Positions 11,683-25,743 of a DNA stretch of 64,000 nt are shown piece by piece; position 1 is the stretch's first letter, and every line of letters begins with the position of its first letter. The notes under the pieces are model-generated. The model worked only from the letters and a program-made list of their open reading frames with translations, searched no databases and was not told where the DNA came from. The stretch spans positions 109,308,001 through 109,372,000 of the forward strand of contig NC_045696.1 in NCBI RefSeq assembly GCF_009834535.1, read 5' to 3'. Source of the stretch: Camelus ferus. Its lineage: Eukaryota. The position numbers and the translations under genes are program-made.

Positions 11683-14600
11683 AAGGGACCAGCTTTTATC
11701 ATACATTATATCCTTCCTTTCCTACTTTGATTGTTTTGTCCCAGGACAGTGACTCAGTATCGTCTTCTCTTTTGACATCAGTGATAGTTACTTAGATGAC
11801 CTTTGACCCATTAGGGTTGTTGGAGTCACTCGGATGCAAGATGATCCTCAGTACTAATACCCTTGTTTTCATTATTTCCCTCTCTTAATTCCAAAGGATA
11901 TTAAACCTTCTCAGTTGTTACTCCTTTGACCATGCTGGTGTCTCACTTCTCAGGTCTCTTTTCCAAATAAGGCACTCATTGAAATGGCCACTTCAGACTT
12001 GGTCCTCTTCTCAGTCCTTAGAACTTCCTTGTTCTGATCAGGGCACTTCAGCCTTTCTTCTCAGTCACTCACTGCTGCTGGAACCAGGCTCTGGGTCCTG
12101 ATCTCCTAGAGTGTTACTTTCTGGCTTGCTGCAGAACTGGCTCAGTAAAGCATTACTGAATAAATTGTTTCCCTCACTGCCTCTCTAACCATTCCTCACT
12201 GCCCACTTCACTTCTGTGGAGCCTACCACACCACTCCCAGACAATGATAACCCCTGACATCTACTACCCCTGCTTTGAGACTTCATTTAATTATTATTTT
12301 TGTATTTGAAACACTAATAATTAGTAGCAGTTAGAAAGGTAGATTATTTAGATCCTATCTTCATTTGTCTTTTATGTTTCTCTTTCTTAAAAATTGTTTT
12401 TGAGCATATGATGGGGAAGGAAAGAAAAATATTACATACAGAAATAAAGTATGACATTCTCTACAGATTTCATCTTTTTCTAAAAGTCAATTTGTTTAAA
12501 ATTCTTTTTATTTTAACTTTATTTCCTGATTATCAAAGTAAAAACATACTTATTATAGGCCATTTGAAAAGTGTACAAGACCATAAAGGGGAAGAAAAGT
12601 ATACATTATTAACCATGCATTGGCAGTCTTTGGTAAATATCTTTCCAATATTTTTTCCATGTTCTCATTTGTCTATATATAGTTGAAATCTTAGAATACG
12701 GGTGACTCTTTGAGATAGATGGTACTTCAAAGTCTATAATACTAACATTTTCCCTTCCTTTCTGTCTCCTTACCAGTGGTCAGATTGTGGTCTGAACATC
12801 TTCTCCTTTATAAAACTGATTGTTGTTTTCCTTATAGCTGATCACTTTTTCTAAATCTTTTATGGATGCTTCAAGAGAATTGAATTTCCTTTAGAGTACT
12901 ATCTTGGTGTGTCTATCTGTCCACTTAGCTATATTAATTATGGAGATATATATATGTATATACACACACATACATATATCCTCTGCATGTTAGTATCATA
13001 GACTGATAGTTTTGTACCATGATTATACTTACATGGGGTTCTTTTCATAGTTCTAATATTTTGGGCAGGTTGTACTTACATTGGGTTCTCTTTGCATTTC
13101 TAATATTGGGATTTTTTGGACTCTTTGCATTTTGATTTAGAGCCATAAAGATCCATGATTACACTCAAATTGTCATACAAGAAGTATACTTCTCAGTATA
13201 AAATGGTTATCTCCTGTTGAAAATAAAAGTGTTCTTCTCAGTGTGTTTTGGAGTAACTTTTTGGGAGAAAGAATACATAGTTAGTATATTTTCTGAGACC
13301 GTCTGAGAATCTGTTGTCTTTGCATATGTTGAGCATTTGAATGGGAATACAGTTCCTGGCCTAAATCTTGTTTGTTGCCTTCCCCGTCATCTTCAGGATT
13401 TCCCATGTTATCCTCATTCAGACAGTGAGCATGCGTAGTCCAAGGATTTTCTTCTCACTTCAGCCCCATCGTCAGTGGTGCATGTGGAAATTCTTTCCGA
13501 GATTTGATCTTTTCTTTTCAGTTCACAGTGCTTTGCCAAATTTCACCTTTTGGTTGAATATTTTAAAATGAAGTTGAAGGAAGTTAATATGTTTTTGAAA
13601 ACCAGTTTTTATTTTTCCTAGTTTAACTTAACTTTCACAGAAAATTTAAGAGAAGAAAAAGAATAAAAACATGCAATAAGAATAATCCGTAATCCACCAT
13701 TTATAATCAACAACTGTTCACACTTTTTGGTATTTCCTTTCTTATTTGAGAAGTGGAACATACACATTGTACATATACATTTAACTTTAATTTGCTAGAC
13801 ATTTGTTGAACACCTGTTTTATGTGCAAACTATTCTGGGTGCCAGACATTGTTAAAAATTTGCATTATGTAAGTTTGTACCTTTCCTTGTTCTTATTTGC
13901 TGTACCATTCTAAGCAAAGCTCAATTCATTAAAATTTATAACTGTCCAGTTATGGCTTCATAGTCTTTTTCAGTGTTTTTTAGTCATTAAAACTTGTCTT
14001 CAAAGGAGAAGCGCAGTATGTCACATTGATGAACAGGGAGAGATTTGACTGAAAGGGTGTAATGGCTTGGGGTTCCACCTCCTTCTCCAAAGAAAGAGAA
14101 ACTGTTGAAAACTGTTGTTTTCCCTTTTATGGCTGTATTATAGTTTATTAATTGCTACTCTGTTGCTGACATTTATATTGTTTCTTCAATTTTAAATATT
14201 ATTTTGATTAGTATTTTAATACATAGACATTTGTATCTATATTTGGTTTCCTTAGGATGGATTTTTAGAAGTGGACTTACTGAGTTGGAGTGTAAATATT
14301 TATAAAACATTGATGTATGTTCACAAATTGGTTGCTTGGCACACCCTGCCTCACATTCAGTATTGTATTGAAAGAATATAAGCATTTCTGTTACAACATC
14401 AAATACAGTCCTAAAAATTAAACAAACAAAAAAACCTTCAAAATCACCATGTCATTAAAAATAACAAGATTTATGGGAAAAATAAGGTTAAGGGCAGACC
14501 ACTGAAGACCTCTGCAGTTTTCAAACCAAGTACTAACAAAATCATATTTGGTACCTTATGCGTTAACTTGGGCAGCCCAGTCAAACCACGTAGGTTGGCT

Positions 14601-17600
14601 GAGGCTGCTTCAGAGAGTTAAAGATGTTACAACGTAATAGGATGGAAATCACTGGCTTGCATGACCTTGAGATAGTGCAGATGAAAGTAGCTTTCTAAAC
14701 CAGTGGGACTGCCATAAAGGTTAGGCGTAAGAGGAAGTGCAGCTTGCTAGGTCCAGGAACCATGCAGAGACTGGCATTACTCCTCTGGGGAGGGGGCCCT
14801 GGGTGCTCATTTTTAGTTTTCTTAAAATAGGCCTGGCAGTACTTGAACTGAACAAGGGTCTTTTCGTTTTCCACTGAAAGTTGTAATTCTTTACCTGCTG
14901 TTCAGTTCCCCTTGCCTGGGGAAATTCAAATGTGAACTGACACAATTTCTGTATTACACTAGTATCATTATTTTATTTACTAACCACATGTAAGCTAATT
15001 GGTGTTACAGGAAACTGTCTTATGACAAAACAATGCATTTGCTAATTTGATAGGTGAAAATTTGTATTTCATTTTAATGGTTTCTTTGAAGAAATTCAGA
15101 CCCTTTCAACCAAGGAATAACTACTGTAGTTAATAAAGAGTGGCTGTATTTCAAAACAAATGGTTTCAGAATCTAGTCAGGAAACAGCAACTCTGTTTAA
15201 CGTCTGTGTTACAGTTTCAGTACCTCAGTCTAGGGTAGTGGATTTCAAATTTTCAGTTTATCTTGGTGGCCATTAAGTGTTTATAGATATGGATCATAGG
15301 GCTCCAAGGTGTCAGTAGCTTAAGAATATTAATTTATTTGTTGAGCACAGAAGTCAAGGTTTTGTAGTGACTGTCATCAATCGTTGTTCTGCAGTTAGTT
15401 GTGAGTTTGGAGTGCTTGTGAAGGAGGTGAGCTTAGGCTCCCTCTATTCTGCCATCTTGGCCACTCCTCAGATGTTGACTCTGTAGTGACATTTGTGGAA
15501 ATAGCTTTATCCAGGATGTAGTACCAGAGAAAACAGGGAGTAGAGGAGCCAAGTCACTTCAAGATTGGGTGTTTAAAGGGTAGGGTATGCATATCTGACA
15601 TAGGCTGTGGGGGAAAGTTGAGGGTGCTGGTGAGAAAGTCATTACAGTAGCTGGAGTTGAGGCCAATAAGAAGAAAATGAGGAAATGATTGTTACAATTG
15701 AATGGGAGAAACAAGAAGATTATGGACACTACATATTATGAGCCCAGAAAACAGCTGTTGTAACAATAAAGGGAAGGAGCTGAAGAGCTACTAACTATTG
15801 AGATACTACAGTTCAAGATTTTGAAGGTAGAACAATTTATATATTGCCACTGTCCATAGAAGTGGGTTGCTTTGGTATGGATTAAGGTTGTTGGAGTTGA
15901 GGAATAAAAGGAACATTGAAGGACAGGTTGAGAGTCGGTTGGTTTCAAGGATGTTGGGAGACTACCATAATAAGTCACAGGAGAAGATTGTACAGAAATT
16001 TTATGAACTGGTTCCAGAATGTCCAGTGAATGAGGCAGCCAAGATACTGAGAAGGAGCTTTATGGGGAGTTGAGTTTACAGAACCCCTGGGTGTTCTTGA
16101 CAGTTTGAACTGTCTGGAAAACTTAAATATTTACACATTATTGTTATTATTACAAGTAATAACATTATAGCTGTTATTTATTAGTGGAAACAGAATTCTT
16201 TATTTCCCTGTGGAAGATGTTTGAAGTTTCAATTTTCTAAAACTTGTTATGTTGATGCTGGTAACAGTCTATGGTATTCAAGCTTTGTAAAAACTATTGT
16301 TGGCTCATTTTTCCCGTCTTTAAAAAAAATAAGTTTACCTATAATGAAATGTGCAGATTTTAAATGGACGGTTGGTTGAGTTTTGAAAAATGCATACACC
16401 TGTGTAACTACCACCCGTTAGATACAGAACATTTCCATCATCCTAGGAAGTTCCCTTTGCAATCAGTTCACCAGTCTCCCACCCAGTCTCCTTCCCAGGC
16501 AACCACAGTGATCTGATTCCTATCACCATAAGTTAATTCTGCCTACTCTAAAACTTTATGTAAATATAACTATGTAGGGTATCCTCTTTGTGTATGGCTC
16601 TTTCACACATATGGTGTGTGAGATTTGTCCCTTTTGTTACAGTCTCAACAGTTAGTTTATTTTCATTGCTGAAGAGTATTCCATTGTATGAATATATACC
16701 ACATTTGGTTATTCATTCATCTGTTGATGGACTTTTTTGTTGTTTCCAGTTTTGGCTATTCTGAATAAAAATGCTATCAACATTCACATAGAAGTTTTTT
16801 TGTGAAATCACATGTTTTCATTTCTTTTGGATAATTAGCTAGGAGTGGAATTACTGAGTCATAGAATGGGCATATGCTTAACTTTATAAGAAACCTCCAG
16901 TTTTCCAAGGTAGTTGCATATTTTTATATTCCCAGGAATGTATGAGAGTTACACTTGTTCCTCATTCTTGCCAACATTTAGTCATTCATGTGGTGGGCGG
17001 AAATGGTATCTCATTGTTTTAATTTGTATTTTGCAGATGACTAATGATATTTAGCACCTTTTCTTATGCCTATTGTCCATTTACACATCTTTTCTTACGA
17101 AATATATGTTCATATCTTTTGCCTGTTTTATTTAATTGGGCTGTCTTTTACTTTTGACATAAGAGATCTTCATATCTTCTAGAAACAAGACATTTTAGAT
17201 AGATCTGTTGTGAATCTTTTTTCCCAGTTTGTGACTTGAACTTCATTTTCTTAATGTCTTTTGTGAAACAAGTTCTAATTTTGATGATGACCAGTTTATC
17301 AGTTTTTTTCTCTTTGGGTCCATGGTTTGTGTGGCCAGTCCAAGAAATCTTTGCTTAACCCAAGTTATGAACATATTCACTTACATTTTCTTTTAGAAGC
17401 TTTATAGTGTTAGCTGTTCCATTTAGGTCTGTAAGCTATCTTGGGTCATTTTTGTGTGATATGTAAGATAGAGCTCAAGATTTTCCCCCTGTACCTTTAT
17501 CCGTTTGGTTTAGCATCAGTTTAGTTGAATTGCCATTGTACCCTTGCTAAAATTCCATTTGTGGGCTTATTTTTAGATTCTCTTCTGTTCCATTGATACA

Positions 17601-19099
17601 TCTACCCTTACACCAATACCACACTGTCTTGATTACTCTAGCTCTTCATCATGTTGTGAAATAGGTGATGTGAGTCTGCCAACATTGTCTTTTTTTTTCA
17701 AGATTGTTTTGACATTTAAATTTCATTTTAGAATTAATTTGTTTCTTCAAAACTGTTAAGATTTTGATTAGGATTACTTGAAGTCTGTAGATCAATTTGA
17801 GAAACTTCTTAATAGTGTTGAGGCTTATCTGAGAGAGTGGTATCTCTCCACTTACGTAGGTCATCTCTCAATTTTTCTTAACTATGTCATATAGTTTTCA
17901 AGTGTAGAGGTTTCACTTTAATTAGAATTATTTCTAGATACTGACAATTTTTAATGTTATGGTATTAATTTTTTAATTTTATTTTCTAATTGTTAATATA
18001 TAGAAATACAGTTGATTTCTTAATATTGGCCTTGAATTCTGAGACTTTGCTAAATTCATGAATTGGTTTTAGTAGTGCTTTAGATTTTATAGTGTTTTCT
18101 ACATACATAATCCTATCATCTGAATAATGAGCTGTAGTTCATCCTCTCTAACTTCCATCGTTTTTGTCTTGTCTTACACACTGACTACGGCTTCCAGTGC
18201 AAGGTTGAATAGAACCTTGGAAGTGGACATCCTTGCCTTGTTTCTGATCTTAGAAATAAGAATTTAAATTCACCATTCAGTATGATGTTAGCTGTAGTGG
18301 GTTTTGTTTGTTTTAGTTGTAGCGTTTTTGTAGATGCTCTGTACCAGACTGAGAAGTTCTCTTCCTAGTTCGCTGACAGTGGTTTTTTTTGTTATTGTTT
18401 TGGTGGGGTTTTTTTTGGGGGGGGGGGTCATTATTAGACTCTGGATTTTACCAAATGCTTTTTCTGCATCTATTGAGATGATCTGGATTTTTGTCTTTTT
18501 TCTGTTAATGTGTTTAATTATATTGATTTTTAAAAGTTTACCTTTCATAAACACTTGGTCATGATATATTATTCTTTTTTCTTCATTACTGGACTCAGTT
18601 TGTTAATGTTTTATGGAGAGCATTTGTGTCTACTTTCATGAAGGAGGTCAGTCTGTGATTTTCTTACAATGTCTTCATCAGGTTTTAATATCAGTGTAAC
18701 TTAGGAGTTAGGAAATTCTTTCTTTGATTATTCTCTAAAAGAGTTTGTGCAAGGTTGGTTTTATATTGTTCTTAAATGTTTGATAGAATTCATGTGGACC
18801 TGGAGCTTTGGGGGAAGGTTTTAGTTATTTGGATTTTTAATTTCTTCTCGTCAGTTTTGGTAAATTCAAGGATTTTTCTATAAGTTATTGAATTTATTGT
18901 CATTAAGTTATTCATATTATTTTTTTTAACATCTGTAAGATTTGTAGTAATGTTCCCTCTTCATTCCTAATATTGGTAATTGTGTTTCCTTTCTTTTTTT
19001 CTTTAGTCTTGCAAAAGAGTTTAACTGTTTCATTAATCTTTTCAAATAATCATCACCTTATACTTTATTTCTTTATTGTGGTTATTTGTTCAGAGAAAG

Positions 19100-19822
19100 T
19101 GTTGCAGGAAAATGGGACGTGAGAGAATGGGTGTGTCCCGGGTCTCCGGTGAGTCCCTGGGATGCACCCTGCTAAGTGAGGATCCTTGATTTTGTGCAGA
19201 AAAAAATTCAAGAGCGAGCCATAGTAGAGTGAAAGTAGATTAATTCAAGGAGATACACACTTTATAGAGTGCAGGCCATGTCAGAAAGCAAGAGGCAGCT
19301 CTGGGAGATGGGGTCATCTAGGAAGGTGAAAGAGGCTTAGAAGATACACATTCCATAGGCAGAATGCAGGCCATCCCAAAGGCCAGAGGCTGCAGGATGT
19401 GAGGGTGTTTAGTTTAAAGGAGATACACACTCCATTGACAGTATGGGCTGTCTCAGAAGACGGTGAGAGAAAGGCAGCAGGATGCAGTGTTGTTAGTTTT
19501 AATGGGCTCAGTAATTTCATATGCTAACAAGTGGTAGGATTAGTCCAGCTGTTTTGTGGGGAAGGGGTTGAGATCTGCAGGAATTTGACCACCACCCACT
19601 TTTTGTCCTTTTATAGTCAGCCTCAGAAGGTCATGGTGCCTGTGGGCGTGTTATGTAGCATGCTAATGTATTATAATGAGCATATAATGAGGTTCAAGGT
19701 CCTCTAGAAGTCTGATGCTCCACCATCTTGGGCTGAGTTGGTTCTAACCAGTTATGGTCATATCCTCAATTGCTGTGTCATTCTTTTAATGGTTATACCA
19801 TGCCCCCTTCCCTCCTGTCTCA
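19100..19822 (-). mobile_element. ERV1 solo LTR, MER41-like
   Basis: TG...CA termini (TGAGACAGG...CCTGCAACA on -); tagcatgctaatgtattataatgagcatataatgag and ggctcgctcttgaattt motifs resemble recalled MER41; TSD not clean. Confidence 0.75.
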
Positions 19823-20019
19823 GAGGTAGCCTGCATTATTTCAAGTTAGAATTCATTTTTTAAAATGTGAATGGTCTAATTCTTGATGATCTCTCGTTTC
19901 ATGTCCCATAAATATATTGTTCAAATTCTATGTCTGTAATAAAATTTATCTGTTTTGACCTTTTGTTTTCTGAAGGATGTTAGTTCCCAGCTATGATTGT
20001 AGATGTTTGTTTCTTCTTG

Positions 20020-20210
20020 ATTTTTAACTTCTGATGTACAACATGATGTTTCAGTCATATATATACATACATATATTCATTTTCATATTTTTTCATTGTT
20101 GATTACTACAAGATATTGAATATAGTTCCCTGTACTTTACAGAAGAAACTTGTTGTTTATCTATTTTATATGTGGTAGTTAGTATTTGCAAATCTCGAAC
20201 TCCCAATTCC
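20020..20210 (-). mobile_element. Very short 3' end of a young L1
   Basis: Strong similarity to 59225-59385 (tttcagtcata..., aagatattg.atatagttccctg). Confidence 0.8.
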
Positions 20211-22183
20211 CTGTCCGTTTTTGCTTTCTATATTTGAAACTCTTTCGTCAGTTGCACTACTGTATTTTCTTATGTTTTTTATGAGTATGAACTTTTTCTT
20301 ATTAAATTTCGTATTAATTAATGAATTTATTAATATAAAATCTTTTTACCTTGAGTTCTAATTTGTCTGATGTCAGTACTGCCGTACATACTTCTTTGTT
20401 TTTTCTTCCATTTCTTTTTTAACCTGGCCTATATTTTAAAAATTTGTTCTAGGTATATCTCTTGTGAACAGCATCAATCTAGGCTAGAGTAAGACTCAGA
20501 CTTTTTTAAGAACAAGCAAAATTTAAGCTATTTACAGTTACTGTGTAAATTATGTAAATTGCCAATGCTTGCTTTGTACCCAGCTTTCTTGCACTTCCCT
20601 CCTACCCTTCTCCACCCTTCCTGCCTCCCCTGCCCCTTCCTCCAACACCACCAGTCCTTGCTCCCTAAATGTTTGCTAGCGTTTTCTGTCCTGCCAGCAG
20701 GGAGAGCCTGTTACACACCTCTAACTTTCTCTCATTGCATCTGGTATCCTCTATAGGATAAATAAAGCAGCGTTACTTTCCCCTTTGTAAGCCTCAAATC
20801 CATTTCTGAATTAATGATTGATTGTATTTGATTCATTTCAAAAGTGAGAAAACGAATTTTACAAGAGAAATGCCTGTAGCAGTTATTTGTTTCTATATCA
20901 CAGGAGGTATGGGATCCCCACCTTGACCTCATTGCATACCGCAGGGTGTTTCAGATTCATGGTATAAGGCTCAGTAAATATGAAATTTACATTCCAATTG
21001 GCCTCCCCTGTACCTTTTTCTCTCCAAAGTGTGAAATATGTCCCATGCATTACTAGAGGGACACCTGGACACAACTTTAAATAACAGTAAATCAACTGAT
21101 AGACAGTTACTCTCTGCTTTTATTCTTTCAGTTCTTTTGTACTATCATGGAGAAAACCTCTGATCCTTCACCCCTCTGCTTGCTGTTATCCACCTACTCC
21201 CTTTTGTAATCAATGAGCTGGGCTCTGGCTCACTCTGCCTTGATGTAGGCAGCAGTGTTAAGCTAGCATTTAGTAACGTTGTTTTGTTTTCCTTTTAATT
21301 GAGGTTTTTTTGGTTACCTTGTATTTTTTCACAATAATTACTGGTTTCCACTCAAGAAAGTGATTAAATTTTGCCTTTAAAATTTTTATTTTAAAAGTTG
21401 AATTAATTTTAAAGAAAATGTTTAATATAGGTAGGATGAAAGGGTATCAAATAACTGAGAAACATGGTATATGTTAGAGATTGGATGTGACCTTGGCCAA
21501 GAAAGTGGTATGGGAATGAGTGAAATTTGAAGTCTCCAGCGTTTTTCTGGCATCTCTGTTACTTCTATCTGCAGGGAATATGAGAATTACGGAGTTTTCC
21601 ACCTTGTAGTCTAGGTGGGAAAGAGGATGTGCTTGTGCAGTAACTGGTATGTGTGTACCTTGGTAAAATGCTGTTGGAGCAGCTGGCATGCGGTGGTGAT
21701 GCAAACAGAGGGCAGCTATGGTGGGGTCTTAGGGCCTTGGCTCATACTGATGTTTTCACTCAAGTTCCTTTCTCCCTTCCATTTCCAGTCTTTCCTCCTA
21801 AATCCTCATCAGTTTTGCAGGGTAATGGGGCTTTTGTTTCTAGGTGTTTCTCTGAGAAGGACTATGTCCAAAAGGAAGAGTGTCCCACTGGTTCTCGGAA
21901 GATCCAGTGGCTACGAGTTCTGGTTCTAGCACATGTGTTTTTAGCCAGAAAACCACTTCATTGTTTTGAGAGTCAGCTTCTTCATCTTTGTTGGTGATGA
22001 TGAAACCCAGTGCCCTTCCTGCTTCGTAAGGCAGCACATTCTGAGATATGTTTGTGATGTACATTTGTAAATCAATGTTATTTTTGCCCTATTATTATTA
22101 TCAGTATTTGAAATACTGATGGTTAATGCTTTTGAGAGTATTTTAGGTATTTTAATTCTTTTTTTCTCTATTTTTTCCCCTAG

Positions 22184-22305
22184 GTCTTGATGCAGAACTT
22201 TATTATGTGAGAAATGATCTTATTAGTCACTACGCTCTGTCCTTTAACCTGTTAGTACCCAGCGAAACAAATTTCCTGCACTTCACTTGGCATGCAAAGT
22301 CCAAG
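22184..22305 (+). CDS. RYK: RYK exon 2 (122 nt), WIF domain start: (G)LDAELYYVRNDLISHYALSFNLLVPSETNFLHFTWHAKSK
   Basis: ttttttcccctag acceptor, AAG|gtaaga donor, phase 1 to 0. Confidence 0.97.
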
Positions 22306-24459
22306 GTAAGAGAATGGTCAACCAAAGATGCCAAGACAGGACCTCCCAGGCCCAGAGGCTGAGGCAAGGGCTTTGTCTGAGGGGTGGACTGCCAGCTGCA
22401 CAAGAGGGTTGTGTGGGTGGAGGGCTATAGCAGTACTGGGTCTTTTCACATTTAAATCTTGAACCTATTCCTCTAGACTTTCTCAAATCCTTGAAAATCA
22501 AGGTAGCCATTATTTATGTGACAAGCTTATGACAGAATACTTAAATCTTTTTAGGCTTTTCAATCCAGTATGTTGCCCTAGCTGGAAGAGGGGACAGTAG
22601 GACCTGCTAATGACTATGTTGTTACGATGAAGCGACGTGAGTCAGGGATGGGGGAATTGGTAAGATAGGTGTTTTGAACATGTTTGAGGTAATGGATATA
22701 GTTCTCTCATTTACGGGGAGACGGTGAAAGTAAGGGACAGCAGACACAGGCTCCCATGTGTGCTGTGGCTCAGCTTCTGTAACAGGAAGGAGCCTCTTGC
22801 CTGGTTTACTTGTTACTGAATTCTTCACCTTTCCTCTGACTGTCTGGGCCCCTCTAACATGTCTTTTAGGTCGAAGAGTGAGAGGCTGAGTGTAGCACCC
22901 ACCTCCCCCAGGCAGCTTCAGTTTTTTTTATCAGTGTTGTGTATAGGCTTCTGTGTAGGATTTTATTTGGGAAATAAAAATAGTTTTTGTTACTAAAAAC
23001 AAAAAAGAATACCTAATGTAGAGTTTATTTTTTAAGTTATTATAAAATGGCGTCTGTCCTGCTCTTTTTTGCAAATCATTTAAATTTGATCACTTTTTTT
23101 ATCTACTTAGAAAACAATAATAATTATTGGGAAAATTCAAATATTATAGAACTATTAAGATTTTGTAGATCTGTACTGAGAAGTAACCATTGTTTATAAT
23201 TTGGTATACTTCAAGGCTCATTTCTTTTTCCTTTTTAAACAAAAAAGGGATTTTATGACACATGTGTTATACAGTATTTTTCCCCTTACCTAATACTCTA
23301 TCTTGGCATCTTTCTAATTTTCTACTTACAGATTTAACTCAGTCTCTTTAATGGCTTTCAGATATAGTATTGCATGAATGTATGATGTATGGTTATTTGT
23401 TAAGTGCTTCATTGACACATGGATTTTTAATAGCATTTTGCTATTTTGAACGTTTCCTTTCACTATTACAAATAGTTCCTTCATTCTGTTTGTCAGGCAA
23501 GATCCATGGTAAAGGGATGGTGAAAACAATGGGTAGCTCGTCTTTTGTATCTGTCTCTACCTTAGTTATTGATGAATGTAGATACAGAAAAAATACGTGT
23601 GTGTGAATGTGTATGTATGTTTATGTTTGTAGCTGTATATATGTGTGTATACATATAGGTATATGTGTGTGTGTATAAACATACATAAAGAACATCTTCA
23701 AGAAATTTTTGGGCATTATTGCTGGATGGTACTTTTTCACCAGGAAGTGAAATGGCTGGATTAAAGAGTGTGCATGTTTAAAATTTTGATCGATATTACC
23801 AAACTGCCTCTCCCTTCCCTTTCCCAGGATGGTACCAAAGAACCAACATTGCTTACGTAGTGAATAAGGGTGCCTATTTCTTCAATTTCTTCAATACTAA
23901 ATATTTTAAGTATATTTGTTTGCCAATCAGATAAGTAAAAGTGATTAGATAAATATGCATATATCCACTTTATATATACTCACATATACATTAGAGAAGC
24001 ATTGTACACACGTACACATACATGCATTAGAACATAGCTGCAGGAATGTTGTGATTTTAAAGTTGAATTAACTTGGATCCTGGGTAAAGCATATGTACCT
24101 TGCTGTCTGGAGCACCTCAGCTGTCCAATATTATTGCCTTGGGGTATTCAAATATGGGGGTGTTCTTTTAGGAGTGGGTAGATCTCTTTAGGGTGTGATC
24201 TGCAAAAATAGAAGTTGAAAATGCATGTGAAACAACTAAGAACATTTAGTAAACCGTAACTTGGGTATGCTGAAGTGCCAACATAAATGGTATAGATAAT
24301 TCAGAAGAGGTTCATCTGAGACATTTTAATCTGAGATCTTGTTAATTTGAATGAGTAAGCACTTGAACTCTTCAAGCAAACTGGGCTAACACATTTTTCA
24401 GTATTCTTATATAACATTGTGTGATTTTACTATTATTTGAGGGGGGTGGTGTGACTTTT

Positions 24460-25170
24460 AAGTTGATACATAATTTCAATATAAAGAAAAATTACAAGAA
24501 CAGTACTAAGAATTCTCATGTATCTCTTACCTAGATTCATTCATTGTTGCTGGTTTGCTCTGTTTACTTACTTTATCATTGTTATTAATTCTCTCTCCTC
24601 ACCCTTGTGTGTACACACTTTTTCCCCTTGAACTGTGTGCAGGTGCTAGCATCGTGTCCCTTTACTCCCAAATACATCAGTGTATATATTCTAAGAACAG
24701 GGGCATTCTTTACCTAACCAAAGTACAGTGATCAAAATCGGGAGACTTAACATTGATGCACTACTGTTATCTGATCTACAGAACTCGATTTCATCTGTTA
24801 CCCCAGTCATCTCCTTTATAGCTTTTTTTTTTCCCCATAGCTTTTTTTGTGTGTTTCTTGACCTTGACATTTTTTTGAAACATACAAGCCAGTAGGCTGT
24901 CCTTCATGTTGAGTTGTGTGAGGCTTCCTCATGATGAGATTCAGGAGTGTCTGCTTGGTGGTAACACTGCAGGAGGGCTGTCCTCCACGGCGCATGTGAT
25001 GCCAGCTTGTTCCCTTGGTGTTGATGTTAACTGTGATCACTCAAGTCACCAAGTTTCTCCATTGTAAAGTTTTCTCCTTTACAATGAACAAGTAATTGTG
25101 GGGAAGTAATTTGAAATTATGCGTAAAAATCCCATTCCTCATCACCCTTGCAACCACTAGTTTTTGCATC
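24460..25170 (-). mobile_element. Old L1 (L1MC-like) 3' UTR remnant
   Basis: Recalled L1MC-like motifs (ttctaagaacaggggcattct; tccattgtaaagtt); boundaries approximate. Confidence 0.5.
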
Positions 25171-25712
25171 TGTGTTTAGAGCTGGGCTTCCCTTTTAGCC
25201 AGTGTGATTGTTCCCTCTCACTGGAAGAGGTCAGATCTGCCCTGGGTAACCATTTGGTGGGAGTGTTATGGAAAGAATTTAAACATTTGTGGAGTGGCGG
25301 TCTTGAATTTTAAGTTCCCTTGCAACTCTGAGATCCAGTGTTTCTGTGAACATTTTTCAGGCAGAGAAGCTTCTTGTATTTTCCAAAAAGCCAATAATTA
25401 GTCCTTTGTTACTTTTCCTACCTTTAATGTTGGTGAGTTTAAAAACAAATAATATGGGTATTTTAAAATAGTGAAAACTCTAACAAGATAGTAGAGGTTC
25501 TGTTCTGGGTACACTGCTGAGCAGGAACAAGGTGTGACTGTTTCTGGGCCCACTTGGGAAAAAAGAATGCTGGTGTCTCACGAGCATGTTTCCTGGGCAA
25601 GTGTGTGGGCACTGACTTGTGAATAAAAAGGCAGTGTGGAAGGTGGCTGTTAGAATTGAACAGAATTAGACCTCCTCGTACTCATTTGTTTTAAAAATAC
25701 ACGTTCCCTGGA

Positions 25713-25743
<31 letters not shown>

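Larger units (their letters stand above)
16325..20530 (-). mobile_element. Old fragmented L1 (L1MC/MD/ME-like) interrupted by younger insertions
   Basis: ORF2-like remnant IISIDAEKAFGKIQ (18288..18554, - strand); L1 3' UTR-like sequence near 16330; boundaries approximate. Confidence 0.75.

Noticed and set aside
1..22183. RYK exon 1 or promoter
   Set aside because: No CpG island or GC-rich signal-peptide exon seen; presumably upstream of the window
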